Part shown: positions 31,173-39,329 of the stretch, piece by piece
Position numbering within the stretch: the first letter of the stretch is position 1
Layout: each line of letters begins with the position of its first letter
Virus record (IMG/VR): IMGVR_UViG_3300028388_003908
Span: 32,001 to 96,000 of that record
Source: a virus
Strand: one strand, 5' to 3'
Length of the DNA: 64,000 nucleotides
Made by a program: the position numbers and the translations under genes
The notes under the pieces: model-generated
What the model was told of the DNA's origin: nothing
Databases searched by the model: none
Seen by the model: only the letters and a program-made list of their open reading frames with translations

Positions 31173-31352
31173 TTAGTAGGGGCGCATAGACAAGCGCTTG
31201 TTTCTAGCGCTCTCCTCGTCTTTTGAACGCAGAAGATGATAGAGCGCTTGAGCCTCTTGATCGCTCATTTTCTCGATCATCGCCAGCAAGACGCGGCGGT
31301 CAAAAGAGCCGTTTGATTGATGTATTTTCGCTGTTAAATGTCTCTTAATCAT
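31173..31352 (-). CDS. Hypothetical protein, 59 aa
   Basis: Below the ORF-track cutoff. MIKRHLTAKIH…SMRPY, coupled to the upstream gene by an ATGA overlap. Confidence 0.6.
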   Translation of the reverse strand: MIKRHLTAKIHQSNGSFDRRVLLAMIEKMSDQEAQALYHLLRSKDEESARNKRLSMRPY

Positions 31353-31495
31353 AGCTGTATCTCTATAACGCGCTTAGGCTCGCGCTCTTTTTCGCGTTTT
31401 TTAGGGGGTGGGGGTGGAGGTGGAGGTATGTAGAGACGTGGTCTCTCTTGTTCGCGCTCTTGTTCGCGCTCTCTCTCTCGATCTCGCCACATCAT
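31349..31495 (-). CDS. Small RE-rich/polyproline protein, 48 aa
   Basis: MMWRDRERE…RPRLYIPPPPPPPPKK…KRVIEIQL, coupled to the upstream gene by a TAATG overlap. Confidence 0.65.
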   Translation of the reverse strand: MMWRDREREREQEREQERPRLYIPPPPPPPPKKREKEREPKRVIEIQL

Positions 31496-32076
31496 TAAAT
31501 GCTCGTAGGGGGCAGACCGCTGTTGGGATCGTCTGATACTCTCACGTCAGTAGACAACAACGCGCTCTTAATAGACGCTTTCGCGCCCGCTAGTGAGATC
31601 GCTTTGAGACGGCTCTTTTGATGACGCTTAGCGTAATCATGCGCCTCTTGATCGCATTTATTGCCCGAGTAGTAGTGACACATCTTGCTGTCAATCACGG
31701 TTGATCTTAGCGTTTTAGCGAAGCGCTTTTGAATATAGCGCAGATTAGCTTTGGCAGCCTTTGTGGCGAACACGAGGTCATTGTTGAGACGAGCGCAAGT
31801 AGCGCCTTTCACATACGACCATTTTGGGATCTGCTGGTAGACGCCACACGCATTGTCGCTTGAGATGGGCTTGAAGCCTTTGTAAGGCAGCCCGAAACGG
31901 CTCTCCTCGTAAGAGAGAGCGATCAGACGCACAGCGGGTACGTCTGTGTCTTGCTCTTGAGCGATTGCAGAGGCGAGCGCTGTGAGATGGGGCATAGCCT
32001 CGTCAATGCGCTCGGGTGTAGCGTTGTCCATGCGAAGCATATTGAGGATAATCATCAAGATAATCTCGGCGGTCAT
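31495..32076 (-). CDS. Lysozyme-fold/lytic transglycosylase-like protein
   Basis: LIALSYEESRF (catalytic ES) and ACGVYQ motifs. Hydrophobic N-terminus and a strong SD. Confidence 0.65.
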   Translation of the reverse strand: MTAEIILMIILNMLRMDNATPERIDEAMPHLTALASAIAQEQDTDVPAVRLIALSYEESRFGLPYKGFKPISSDNACGVYQQIPKWSYVKGATCARLNNDLVFATKAAKANLRYIQKRFAKTLRSTVIDSKMCHYYSGNKCDQEAHDYAKRHQKSRLKAISLAGAKASIKSALLSTDVRVSDDPNSGLPPTSI

Positions 32077-32207
32077 ACGACCCTCCTTTGTGTTGTTGTG
32101 TATTCCATAAGCGATTGGTAGACTATCCCTCCTAGGTCCAACACGAAAAAAATCTCAAAAAAATCTTTTATAGGGCTCAGATCACATCATCTCAGGGAGG
32201 GTTACTC

Positions 32208-32789
32208 ATGAGACAAGAGCGCGATAATATAAGCTCTCAGAGCAACAATGGAGGTTCTGTGAGCAAGAGATCAGATAGAATAAAGAGTCATGTACCTATA
32301 GAGCGTCTGCTGTCTCAATACGGATATGACGTGAGCGAGCTAGACGCAGAACAGCAGTTTAGATGTGATCTGCATGGAGATGGTTCAGACAACGCCCCTA
32401 GCGCTCGCGTCTATCCTTCAACGAATTCATGGTACTGCTTTGCCTGCGGGCGCGCTCGGGATGTGATCTCTACGGTCATGGAAAAAGAAGGTGTCGAGTA
32501 TAAGAAGGCGTGTCGTCTACTAGAGGAAAAATACGGACTAGAGCCTTGGGTGGAGTATGAGCGCTCATCGCCCCTAGACGAGGAGATCTCGATACAGACA
32601 GAGGCTGACATAAAAGAGATCTGCATAAGGCGATTAGAGCGCGTGACCAAGAGTAGGTCGATCTCATATCAAGACGCTCTCAGATTATGGGAGGCGGTTA
32701 ATCTTGTGAGCAATCAGGAAAATCCTAAGCAGTCGATGTGGGATAAGGTCTATCAGCGCGTCTTAAAAGCGGAAGGCTTAGACAGCTAG
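32208..32789 (+). CDS. Stand-alone primase CHC2 zinc-binding domain protein
   Basis: C.LH…PSA.VY…WYCFACG…DVI motif with no Toprim domain. The true start may be GTG 32259 behind GGAGG. Confidence 0.85.
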   Translation: MRQERDNISSQSNNGGSVSKRSDRIKSHVPIERLLSQYGYDVSELDAEQQFRCDLHGDGSDNAPSARVYPSTNSWYCFACGRARDVISTVMEKEGVEYKKACRLLEEKYGLEPWVEYERSSPLDEEISIQTEADIKEICIRRLERVTKSRSISYQDALRLWEAVNLVSNQENPKQSMWDKVYQRVLKAEGLDS

Positions 32790-32845
32790 TATTTCTATCC
32801 TTTGCGTCTCTGTAAAATGCAGATAAATAAGAGCAGAGGTGCATC

Positions 32846-33151
32846 ATGGATGAAACGATTCTACTGGATCTATTTGAGAATCTACTGAGACAGATTGCGG
32901 GTAGCGCTGTGGGGGACGAGGAACACATCGCGCTTTGGATGAACATAGGTAAGAAGCTAGGGGTGCATTTATATCTGCCCGAGATGAAAGCTGTTGCGAT
33001 AACAGACGAGGACACGGGAGAACGTCATGTTGTGGCTTTTATCGCCACAATAAACGAGGAGATTACCGAGTATGTCACCTCAGAAAACGTGTTTGATTCG
33101 GAGATAGTGTCGCGCTGTCTTGAGCTTAAAAAGCAGGAGCAATCTCATTGA
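32846..33151 (+). CDS. Hypothetical protein
   Basis: ORF with GAGGT SD. Confidence 0.6.
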   Translation: MDETILLDLFENLLRQIAGSAVGDEEHIALWMNIGKKLGVHLYLPEMKAVAITDEDTGERHVVAFIATINEEITEYVTSENVFDSEIVSRCLELKKQEQSH

Positions 33152-33582
33152 TCTACACAAGACATGACATGGTTTTTATGTCTTTTAGCGTAGAGGGTTG
33201 GGGTGATTTTAAGATCGCTAAAATCTTACCTAAAGATGGTAATCCTTGGGGCGCATACGCTGTACTACCTATCGAACATCCTTGGAGGTCTTTGATCTCT
33301 GAGGTCTCTGAGGAGAGCGTAGATCTCGCTCTGTCGGGTCACCCCAAGCCTCTACTAGAAGCAGGTATAAGATCAGCGAGCGCGTGTCTGCGTCTAGCGG
33401 GACTAGAGGATGATTGCTCAGATAAAGAGCATTGTCTAACCTATAAAAAGAACGTCTGCTCGATACGGTCTAAAAAGATACCTGATTGCTTTTCGTGTGA
33501 AGGATTAAAGGAACAGGAATCTTATCTTGCGAAGGCATGGCTGGAAGGATATTCGATATTGATTTTATCGGGCGCTACCTAA
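33148..33582 (+). CDS. Hypothetical Cys-rich protein
   Basis: ORF overlapping the upstream stop codon. Confidence 0.6.
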   Translation: MIYTRHDMVFMSFSVEGWGDFKIAKILPKDGNPWGAYAVLPIEHPWRSLISEVSEESVDLALSGHPKPLLEAGIRSASACLRLAGLEDDCSDKEHCLTYKKNVCSIRSKKIPDCFSCEGLKEQESYLAKAWLEGYSILILSGAT

Positions 33583-33706
33583 CAGACACATTAGAAAGGA
33601 TTTACGATGAATCGTACCGCTAATCTACTAAAGGCCGCCAACATCTAATTATAGCAAAGACAAGGTCGAACTTGTGTCGTATTTGGAGGGGCAAATCAGG
33701 GATATC

Positions 33707-34519
33707 TCAGCTAAGATCTCCTCTGAGGAGACACGTCTCCGTAGCGCTGTGTACGCTATCTAAAAAAGCATCGCTCCAAGCTAAGGTATATAAGCCTGTC
33801 TCATGTCTAGGTGTGTCCGTGTCAACCTGATTCGGATCCCCTAGCACGATACACTGGCTGTCTTCTGCCACTCTTGAGATGAGAGATAAAAGCTCATGCG
33901 GTGTGGTGTTCTGAGCCTCATCTATGATGACGATAGAATCGTTGAACTCGATACCTCGCACTAGCTCTAAAGGCATGAACGAGAGCTTGCCTTCCTCCTC
34001 TAGCTGAAAAAGCTGGTGCTCAAAGCTCGTACCGAATATCCTCTTGAGCACTACGAGATAAGAGGCGATGTAGCCTTCTAGCTTCTCCCTATGATCACCA
34101 GGGACGGCTGCGATAGCGTTTGATTTACGACCAACAAAGACGGTAGGCTTTACAAGCACAACCTTCTTCTCTTGTCGGAAAAGCTGTGTGAGCGCGTAAG
34201 CGAGCGCGATGGTGGTCTTGCCTGTACCTGCTTCTCCTAGACCGACAACAAGAGGAAAATTCTTGAGCGCGTAGAAAAAGCAAGATTGCTCCGCGTCTCT
34301 AGGCTTTAGCCCTTGATACTCAAGACCTTTTACGTCTACTCGGGAGATCTTGTCATCTAAGGAAAAGCCTAAAGCGCTCGCGCCCGTCTCAGATTTTAAG
34401 ATGTAAAATCCTTGACCGTCCATCATAGGATCAACAAGACCTTCCTTTTCGATCTGCCCCTTCTTATGTAAGACGTTTACGCGCTCGGTTGTGGTATCTA
34501 ACACCTGTATCTCAAGCAT
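33707..34519 (-). CDS. phoH: PhoH-like ATPase, C-terminus possibly truncated
   Basis: Walker A GEAGTGKT, RGIEF, IIDEAQN and LGDPNQVD motifs. Confidence 0.9.
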   Translation of the reverse strand: MLEIQVLDTTTERVNVLHKKGQIEKEGLVDPMMDGQGFYILKSETGASALGFSLDDKISRVDVKGLEYQGLKPRDAEQSCFFYALKNFPLVVGLGEAGTGKTTIALAYALTQLFRQEKKVVLVKPTVFVGRKSNAIAAVPGDHREKLEGYIASYLVVLKRIFGTSFEHQLFQLEEEGKLSFMPLELVRGIEFNDSIVIIDEAQNTTPHELLSLISRVAEDSQCIVLGDPNQVDTDTPRHETGLYTLAWSDAFLDSVHSATETCLLRGDLS

Positions 34520-34524
34520 AAAGC

Positions 34525-34561
34525 CCCCTCTGAATGATAGTGCTATTCAGAGGGGATTATA
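34525..34561 (-). promoter_or_regulatory. TATAAT -10 box abutting an 11-bp hairpin that buries the phoH SD
   Basis: Inverted repeat 34525-34535/34545-34555. TATAAT at 34556-34561 (minus). Confidence 0.6.
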
Positions 34562-34574
34562 GAGAGACTAGCGC

Positions 34575-35570
34575 TCAGTAAAGATCGTCCTCAAAATCAT
34601 AATCAGGATCGAAACCGAAAGTCTCCTCCTCTAGCTCCTCCAATGGGCTTGAATCAAAGATCCGATCCTCAAAATCATCCTCATCCTCATCCTCTTCCTC
34701 AAAAATATCTTCAAGAGGATCAATGCCCATGTCTGCGTCATACTCCATCTCATAAGGATAGTCTGGCTCGTACTCCTCATAAAATGTCTCGTCATGCAGT
34801 TTGCGCTCGCTGTCGGTCATAAACAGAGGCTCATCATCCTCTAGATCGAATTCTGCAACATCTGCATCGCCTAGATCATCCACGATAAGATCTGAGAGGT
34901 CGCCTTGAAATCTCTCGTCCTCAGGAAGATCAGCCTCAAGCTCCTCGAGGTCGAAGATAGGACCGTAATAAGCGCGTCTGCTTGAGCGCGCCTTCTTGCT
35001 CGCCTTGTCTAAGATCTCCTCTTGCTCCTCCTCAAGAGCTTTCACCTTAGCCTCAAGCTCTTCTAGCTCGTCCTCGTTCTCCTCGTAATCCTCTGACTGC
35101 ATCGCCTTAGCGCGATTCTTCACCACGTCCTTGTTGATCTCGGTTTGACGGTCGAACTCCTCGGCAGCTTCAGGATGTTCTTCCTTCCACTTCTTGAACT
35201 CTTCCTGACCTTTAGGTCCTGAATGAAAGCGAGCATAGCGAGGAATCATCATAGAGAAGATGCCGAGATCGTCAACGTAACCTTGACCGCCTTCGTATGA
35301 ACCCTCGCCCTCGTAATCGTCATCAAGATCAAGATAATCAACATAATCTTGAGCGTTGCCGGGACCGACAAGATCGAGACCTTGATCATATCCCGAGTTA
35401 ACCTGCACGGTGCTGTCTGCCAAGAAATCAACAGCCTCTCTTGAGCCGTAGTCTCTTCTCATTTGTAGAGGTTGGGTCAGAGCGATCTTCTTGCTGGCGA
35501 CCTTAGACGCGAGATCACCCCTTTGATCCTTCTTAAATTCGTTTGCGATCTTACTAAAAATATCAGACAT
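34575..35570 (-). CDS. Extremely acidic protein with several R/K-x-A motifs, candidate internal head/scaffold protein
   Basis: D/E-dominated composition. SKVASKKIA, PRYA and KKARSSRRA segments. Late-type promoter upstream. Confidence 0.55.
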   Translation of the reverse strand: MSDIFSKIANEFKKDQRGDLASKVASKKIALTQPLQMRRDYGSREAVDFLADSTVQVNSGYDQGLDLVGPGNAQDYVDYLDLDDDYEGEGSYEGGQGYVDDLGIFSMMIPRYARFHSGPKGQEEFKKWKEEHPEAAEEFDRQTEINKDVVKNRAKAMQSEDYEENEDELEELEAKVKALEEEQEEILDKASKKARSSRRAYYGPIFDLEELEADLPEDERFQGDLSDLIVDDLGDADVAEFDLEDDEPLFMTDSERKLHDETFYEEYEPDYPYEMEYDADMGIDPLEDIFEEEDEDEDDFEDRIFDSSPLEELEEETFGFDPDYDFEDDLY

Positions 35571-35615
35571 AAAACACCTCTGCGGATTGCGGGTTAGGTT
35601 TTATATCTCTCATAT

Positions 35616-35628
35616 ATAAAGCGTTTAT
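35616..35628. promoter_or_regulatory. Overlapping bidirectional putative late promoter (ATAAAGCGTTTAT)
   Basis: Reads TAA-AGCG-TTTAT on plus (35617-35628) and TAA-ACGC-TTTAT on minus (35616-35627). Lies between divergent genes. Confidence 0.65.
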
Positions 35629-35637
35629 CACGTCTCT

Positions 35638-36618
35638 ATGAAAATGATTAAGAGAGGAGATCTTATGCGTAGAATCGCTAAAGCGGATGTTAATCCGATA
35701 CGTCAAGGTTCTCAGTTTTCATGTGTGAGCGCGTCTACCTGTATGGCGTTAAATGCTGTAGGTGTTCAGTGCTCTGAGGAAGACGTAAACAAGGTGATTG
35801 GCGCAAAGCCCATGCAGGGTGCGCGTTGGGAAGAGGTGCTAGCCTGCGCTCAATACTTTGGTTGTAGAGCAACCTTGACCACCCCTGCGACCTTGACTCA
35901 AGTTAAAGCGTGGACAGATCAAGGGAAGCCTGTACTGATCGCTTGGAATCCGGAAGGACGCGATTGGTCACACGCGAGCTTGATCTTTGACGTGACCGGA
36001 GAGAAAGGGGATTATGTGGTTCACGTTGCCGACCCTAATATCCCCAACCCCGATAAGACGACCCGAGAGGTCTCGGAAGACGAATTCTACTCTAAATGGT
36101 TTGAGAAGTGGCCTAACTATCTAGTGCGTAGACCTGCGCTTATGATCGAGCGCGAGATTGACCCTCAAGGCAGACAGATCATGGCGAGCCTTGATAGGGA
36201 ATCTAGGGTCAAGAGTCATAAGCACAACACCAAAAAGGAAGTTAAGGATTCTTACGAGGAGCAAAAGAAGAACTTTGGAAAAGAATGGGCAAAGTATGAA
36301 GGGGCTATGACACCTGAAGGACTTAATCAAGATCGCATTAATAAGAACTTAGGTAAAAAGCCTTCAGGTGGAGGTTTATCTCCTCTCGATAGTCTCGGTA
36401 AAGGTAAAAGCAAGCCTTCAGGAGGAGGTTTGTCCCCTCTTGATAGTCTCGGTAAAGGTAAAAGCAAGCCTTCGGGTGGGGGTTTGTCCCCTCTTGATAG
36501 ACTCGCTTCAGATGACGAGATATTTGATGATCTAGAAATCTACGCAGACGAGCACATGGCGGACCACAGAATCGCGTCATTAAAGCGCTACGCAATCCGG
36601 AAGATGATGGGTCGCTAA
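35638..36618 (+). CDS. C39-like papain-fold cysteine peptidase with low-complexity tail
   Basis: Catalytic residues in RQGSQFSC (Q…C), SHASLI (H) and VADP (D). Likely start is ATG 35665 (MRRIAKA) behind GAGGAG. Confidence 0.8.
   Translation: MKMIKRGDLMRRIAKADVNPIRQGSQFSCVSASTCMALNAVGVQCSEEDVNKVIGAKPMQGARWEEVLACAQYFGCRATLTTPATLTQVKAWTDQGKPVLIAWNPEGRDWSHASLIFDVTGEKGDYVVHVADPNIPNPDKTTREVSEDEFYSKWFEKWPNYLVRRPALMIEREIDPQGRQIMASLDRESRVKSHKHNTKKEVKDSYEEQKKNFGKEWAKYEGAMTPEGLNQDRINKNLGKKPSGGGLSPLDSLGKGKSKPSGGGLSPLDSLGKGKSKPSGGGLSPLDRLASDDEIFDDLEIYADEHMADHRIASLKRYAIRKMMGR
36358..36500 (+). repeat. 54-bp coding tandem repeat, about 2.7 copies (KPSGGGLSPLDSLGKGKS)
   Basis: Units start at 36358, 36412 and 36466 and differ at synonymous positions. 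Confidence 0.95.
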
Positions 36619-36914
36619 GATTTCCACCAATCGTCAAAGGCGCCCCATTCTATCTGCTCGTAAAAGCTCTCAGGTATCGAGCCTACGCAATCAACAGAGA
36701 ACCACTCTCCTTTGAGTCTCCAATCTCTAAGCAACTCATGTAAGTAGGCTTCCTGATCGCCTTTACCTTTAAAGTATGCGATCAGCTTCAATCTCTTAGC
36801 GTTGCCTGTCTGTAGAGATCGAACCCTACGTTTAGGATCTACTGATCTACCGATCTTAATGTGACCTGTACCTTGCTCTTGTATGAAATAGAGATGATCT
36901 CCGTGTCGCGCCAT
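36615..36914 (-). CDS. GIY-YIG superfamily T5orf172/MUG113-like protein
   Basis: YFIQ…IKIGRS.DP.RRV.SLQTGN…E..LH…GEWF motif. Confidence 0.85.
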   Translation of the reverse strand: MARHGDHLYFIQEQGTGHIKIGRSVDPKRRVRSLQTGNAKRLKLIAYFKGKGDQEAYLHELLRDWRLKGEWFSVDCVGSIPESFYEQIEWGAFDDWWKS

Positions 36915-36922
36915 ATCTGCTT

Positions 36923-36966
36923 TAACCTCTTTATCGTTAACGCTTATTATTATCTTAAAGAGAGGT
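36923..36966 (+). promoter_or_regulatory. Putative late promoter TAACCTCTTTAT in an imperfect hairpin pairing with the downstream SD
   Basis: Perfect motif at 36923-36934. ACCTCTTTA can pair with TAAAGAGAGGT (with a bulge) just before ATG 36971. Confidence 0.6.
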
Positions 36967-36970
36967 CGCT

Positions 36971-37477
36971 ATGTCGAGATACGCAAAAGAAAAATATCCT
37001 TGGGACGAGTGCATTAAGGATCAGCTAGAGCAATATGGAGATCAAGAGGTTGCGGAGAAGGTCTGCGGTAAGATCAAAGCACAATCCCAATCTAAGCCCG
37101 CTTCAAGGATTGCCTCTCGCTATCTTCAATCGTCCCGTATGAAGAGTCTTATGATGGAGATAGACGATTCTGACGAGGCTTGGGACTATCTGCATGATAG
37201 TCCAATAGATCGTAGAACTAAAGCGCTTACTTTTATCCGTGCTCTCAGAAGTAGCGTAAATCTGAACAGAGAGCAGGAGACAGCGGTTGCAATTGCCCTA
37301 GATGCGCTCACATACGTCTCTGGCGGTGCAGAGCCTTCAGACATCATCCCCGACAAAGCCCGTAAGATGATACGTCATCTCGCGTATAGAAATGAGCGCA
37401 AGTTGATGACGAGACTGCCTGCCTTACCTGCTGGCATTGTCTATAAAGACGAGATCCGCAGATTGTTCGGTTCATAA
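36971..37477 (+). CDS. Hypothetical protein with internal SRIASRYL tag
   Basis: Small YPWDECI…AEKVCGKIK domain followed by the tag at 37103-37126. Confidence 0.7.
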   Translation: MSRYAKEKYPWDECIKDQLEQYGDQEVAEKVCGKIKAQSQSKPASRIASRYLQSSRMKSLMMEIDDSDEAWDYLHDSPIDRRTKALTFIRALRSSVNLNREQETAVAIALDALTYVSGGAEPSDIIPDKARKMIRHLAYRNERKLMTRLPALPAGIVYKDEIRRLFGS

Positions 37478-37519
37478 AAAAAGAGCCTCTGTCTAACGTC
37501 CTAGGCAGAGGCTCTTTTT
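37478..37519. terminator. Bidirectional intrinsic terminator
   Basis: AAAAAGAGCCTCTGTCTA-loop-TAGGCAGAGGCTCTTTTT between convergent genes. Confidence 0.85.
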
Positions 37520-37542
37520 AAAAGATCAGATTCAGAGCAGGA

Positions 37543-37749
37543 TTATCCAGCGTTCTTACCGCCCTCAAGAATCGCAACGCGAGCTTCCTTAGCGGAAGCG
37601 ATCACGCCTTGAAGCGTCTTGCGAAGACGAGTGCGCGCAGACTTGTTGTTCTTGTTGTCAATCTTCTGAGCATCCAACATCGCCTCGTCAAGAGTAGCGC
37701 GTAGATTGTTGATAAGGTCTTGTGTTGTAGCTGTAGTGTTCTCAGACAT
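37543..37749 (-). CDS. Histone H1-like protein (Hc1/HctA family)
   Basis: DAQK…NKSARTRLRKTLQ…AKEAR matches the Hc1 GNKAA.TR.RK pattern. AAGGAG SD and TATAAT upstream. Confidence 0.75.
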   Translation of the reverse strand: MSENTTATTQDLINNLRATLDEAMLDAQKIDNKNNKSARTRLRKTLQGVIASAKEARVAILEGGKNAG

Positions 37750-37833
37750 AACGTGTCTCCTTGATGTGGTTAAAGGGCGAGATCAGATGCCCTCATACGC
37801 TTTATTATACTCTCTGAGAAAGGATTTTCTCCT

Positions 37834-38301
37834 ATGTCATTACTGATCTGGATGATTTTCAGTTTTTTTATGTGGGTCTACCTACATGAGTACGCTCATC
37901 TCCTAATGCTCTCGCGCTTTAAAGAGATAAAAGGCTACATCATAAGACCTTACCCGCATAAGCATAAGGAGCTAGGATTTGTCTACGGTTCCGTGTCTTA
38001 CGATTATGAAGGCAAATTGACCGATAAAGAACTAGCTTGGGTCTCCATCGCCCCTAGATTCGCTAACATGATGGTGCTCCCCTGCGCTCTGTTTATTGAT
38101 CTAAACACCTTGCCTTGGTTAGCGCTCTTGATAGGGGGCGTTGTCGATCTCTTGAGGGGGTCTATGACGCACAGAGAGAGCGCAGACATTAGACGCTATA
38201 GTAAGGGCTTTGATGTGCCCTTAAAAGCCTTTGTAGGTTGTCAACTCGTCTACGCGCTCACCTGTCTCTTAGCGATATACGGGCGCATCTATGTCTGGTG
38301 A
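37834..38301 (+). CDS. Membrane zinc metallopeptidase (M50-like)
   Basis: LHEYAH in a transmembrane context, followed by SIAP and a downstream D. Confidence 0.7.
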   Translation: MSLLIWMIFSFFMWVYLHEYAHLLMLSRFKEIKGYIIRPYPHKHKELGFVYGSVSYDYEGKLTDKELAWVSIAPRFANMMVLPCALFIDLNTLPWLALLIGGVVDLLRGSMTHRESADIRRYSKGFDVPLKAFVGCQLVYALTCLLAIYGRIYVW

Positions 38302-38821
38302 ACACAGAGACGGAAAGAAGCGTTTTGTTTTTAAATCCCGCGTAGGGACCAAAGGCCCTATCAAGATCGGTAAAGACGCTAAGCTCAAGCAAGAGGTAGG
38401 TAAGATATATGGTCGCTACATACTGAACGCGATCAAGGAAGAGATCTCTAAATCTTACGCGCTCGGGAGAGGTATACCACGTACCAAGGCTTTCAGGGAT
38501 TCATTCTCCTTTGAGGTAAACGAGAGCGGGGACGTGATCATCAGATCTGACTGGCCTTGGGTTAATCGCTATCTGAAGATGAGAGGTCCCGTCAAAATGA
38601 CCTGGCTTACTCAGGTAAATCCACGTCTAAGAGGTCGCAAGGTTATACCTCTTAAACAGCGAGACGGTACGATAAAATTCCGTACCTTACCTCTCACGAC
38701 AAAGCAGGCTTGGGTTCATCCTGCTATCGGGAAATATACGTTCATCCAAAGAGGCGTAGAGAAGGGTAAGCGCAAAGCTAAAGCAGAGGTCTTACGTTAT
38801 CTCATGTCCGTTAAGCGCTAG
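38291..38821 (+). CDS. Basic protein, possible neck/tail-completion protein
   Basis: C-terminal WVHP…FIQRGVE resembles HK97 gp10-like proteins. Confidence 0.45.
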   Translation: MSGEHRDGKKRFVFKSRVGTKGPIKIGKDAKLKQEVGKIYGRYILNAIKEEISKSYALGRGIPRTKAFRDSFSFEVNESGDVIIRSDWPWVNRYLKMRGPVKMTWLTQVNPRLRGRKVIPLKQRDGTIKFRTLPLTTKQAWVHPAIGKYTFIQRGVEKGKRKAKAEVLRYLMSVKR

Positions 38822-39328
38822 ATGTTCACGAAGCACTAGATATAGATCCTTCAGCGTGTGACGAGAAGAACCCTCATGCGCTATCGTACAATCGCTCGTC
38901 TCGTCAGGCGTAGGCATGAGATTTATTTGACGAGCCTTAACATGGGTTCTACCGAGCAAGAGCGCTTTAAGTACGCGGTGATATCCGTCTACAATCTCTC
39001 CCTGCCACAAGAGAATAGGATAAGATAGATCTGCTTCAAGGGTGCGCGCCATGTGATCGCTTATATGATCATCACCCCAAACCCAAGAATCTAGGATACG
39101 ATCCGACGGTATCTCCCAATCGAACGCTTCCAATTCACTAGTCATCTTCAGCAAGGGATTGATTTCCCACGTCATCTCTAGGCCCTCTTTACAGGTGCTA
39201 AACGTGTGCCCCTCAAGCTGACGATAGGATTCTGCGCTCAACGTCATCTCTACTTGCTTATCGTGAGTGCGCAAAAGAGATCTTAAAAGGAGATACTCCA
39301 AGATACCGATCAGAACATATTTCAGCAT
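38792..39328 (-). CDS. ParB/sulfiredoxin N-terminal-like domain protein
   Basis: ADLSYPILL…IVDGYHRVLKA motif. Confidence 0.75.
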   Translation of the reverse strand: MLKYVLIGILEYLLLRSLLRTHDKQVEMTLSAESYRQLEGHTFSTCKEGLEMTWEINPLLKMTSELEAFDWEIPSDRILDSWVWGDDHISDHMARTLEADLSYPILLWQGEIVDGYHRVLKALLLGRTHVKARQINLMPTPDETSDCTIAHEGSSRHTLKDLYLVLREHLALNGHEIT

Positions 39329-39329
39329 A

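Noticed and set aside
1958-31226. Many short ORF-track entries antisense to or nested in structural genes (e.g. 7011-7394, 19267-19677, 30828-31115)
   Set aside because: These are shadow ORFs with no SD or motifs, lying opposite well-supported genes.
31349-31495. Host assignment to Myxococcota/Deltaproteobacteria from the RE-rich polyproline protein and the FmdB gene
   Set aside because: This is an impression only and is not diagnostic without database searches.
36358-36500. Direct repeats as a possible CRISPR array
   Set aside because: The units are contiguous 54-bp in-frame repeats with synonymous changes and no unique spacers.
36615-36914. GIY-YIG gene as a mobile homing endonuclease
   Set aside because: It is only 99 aa, T5orf172-like, with no DNA-binding extension and no interrupted host gene.
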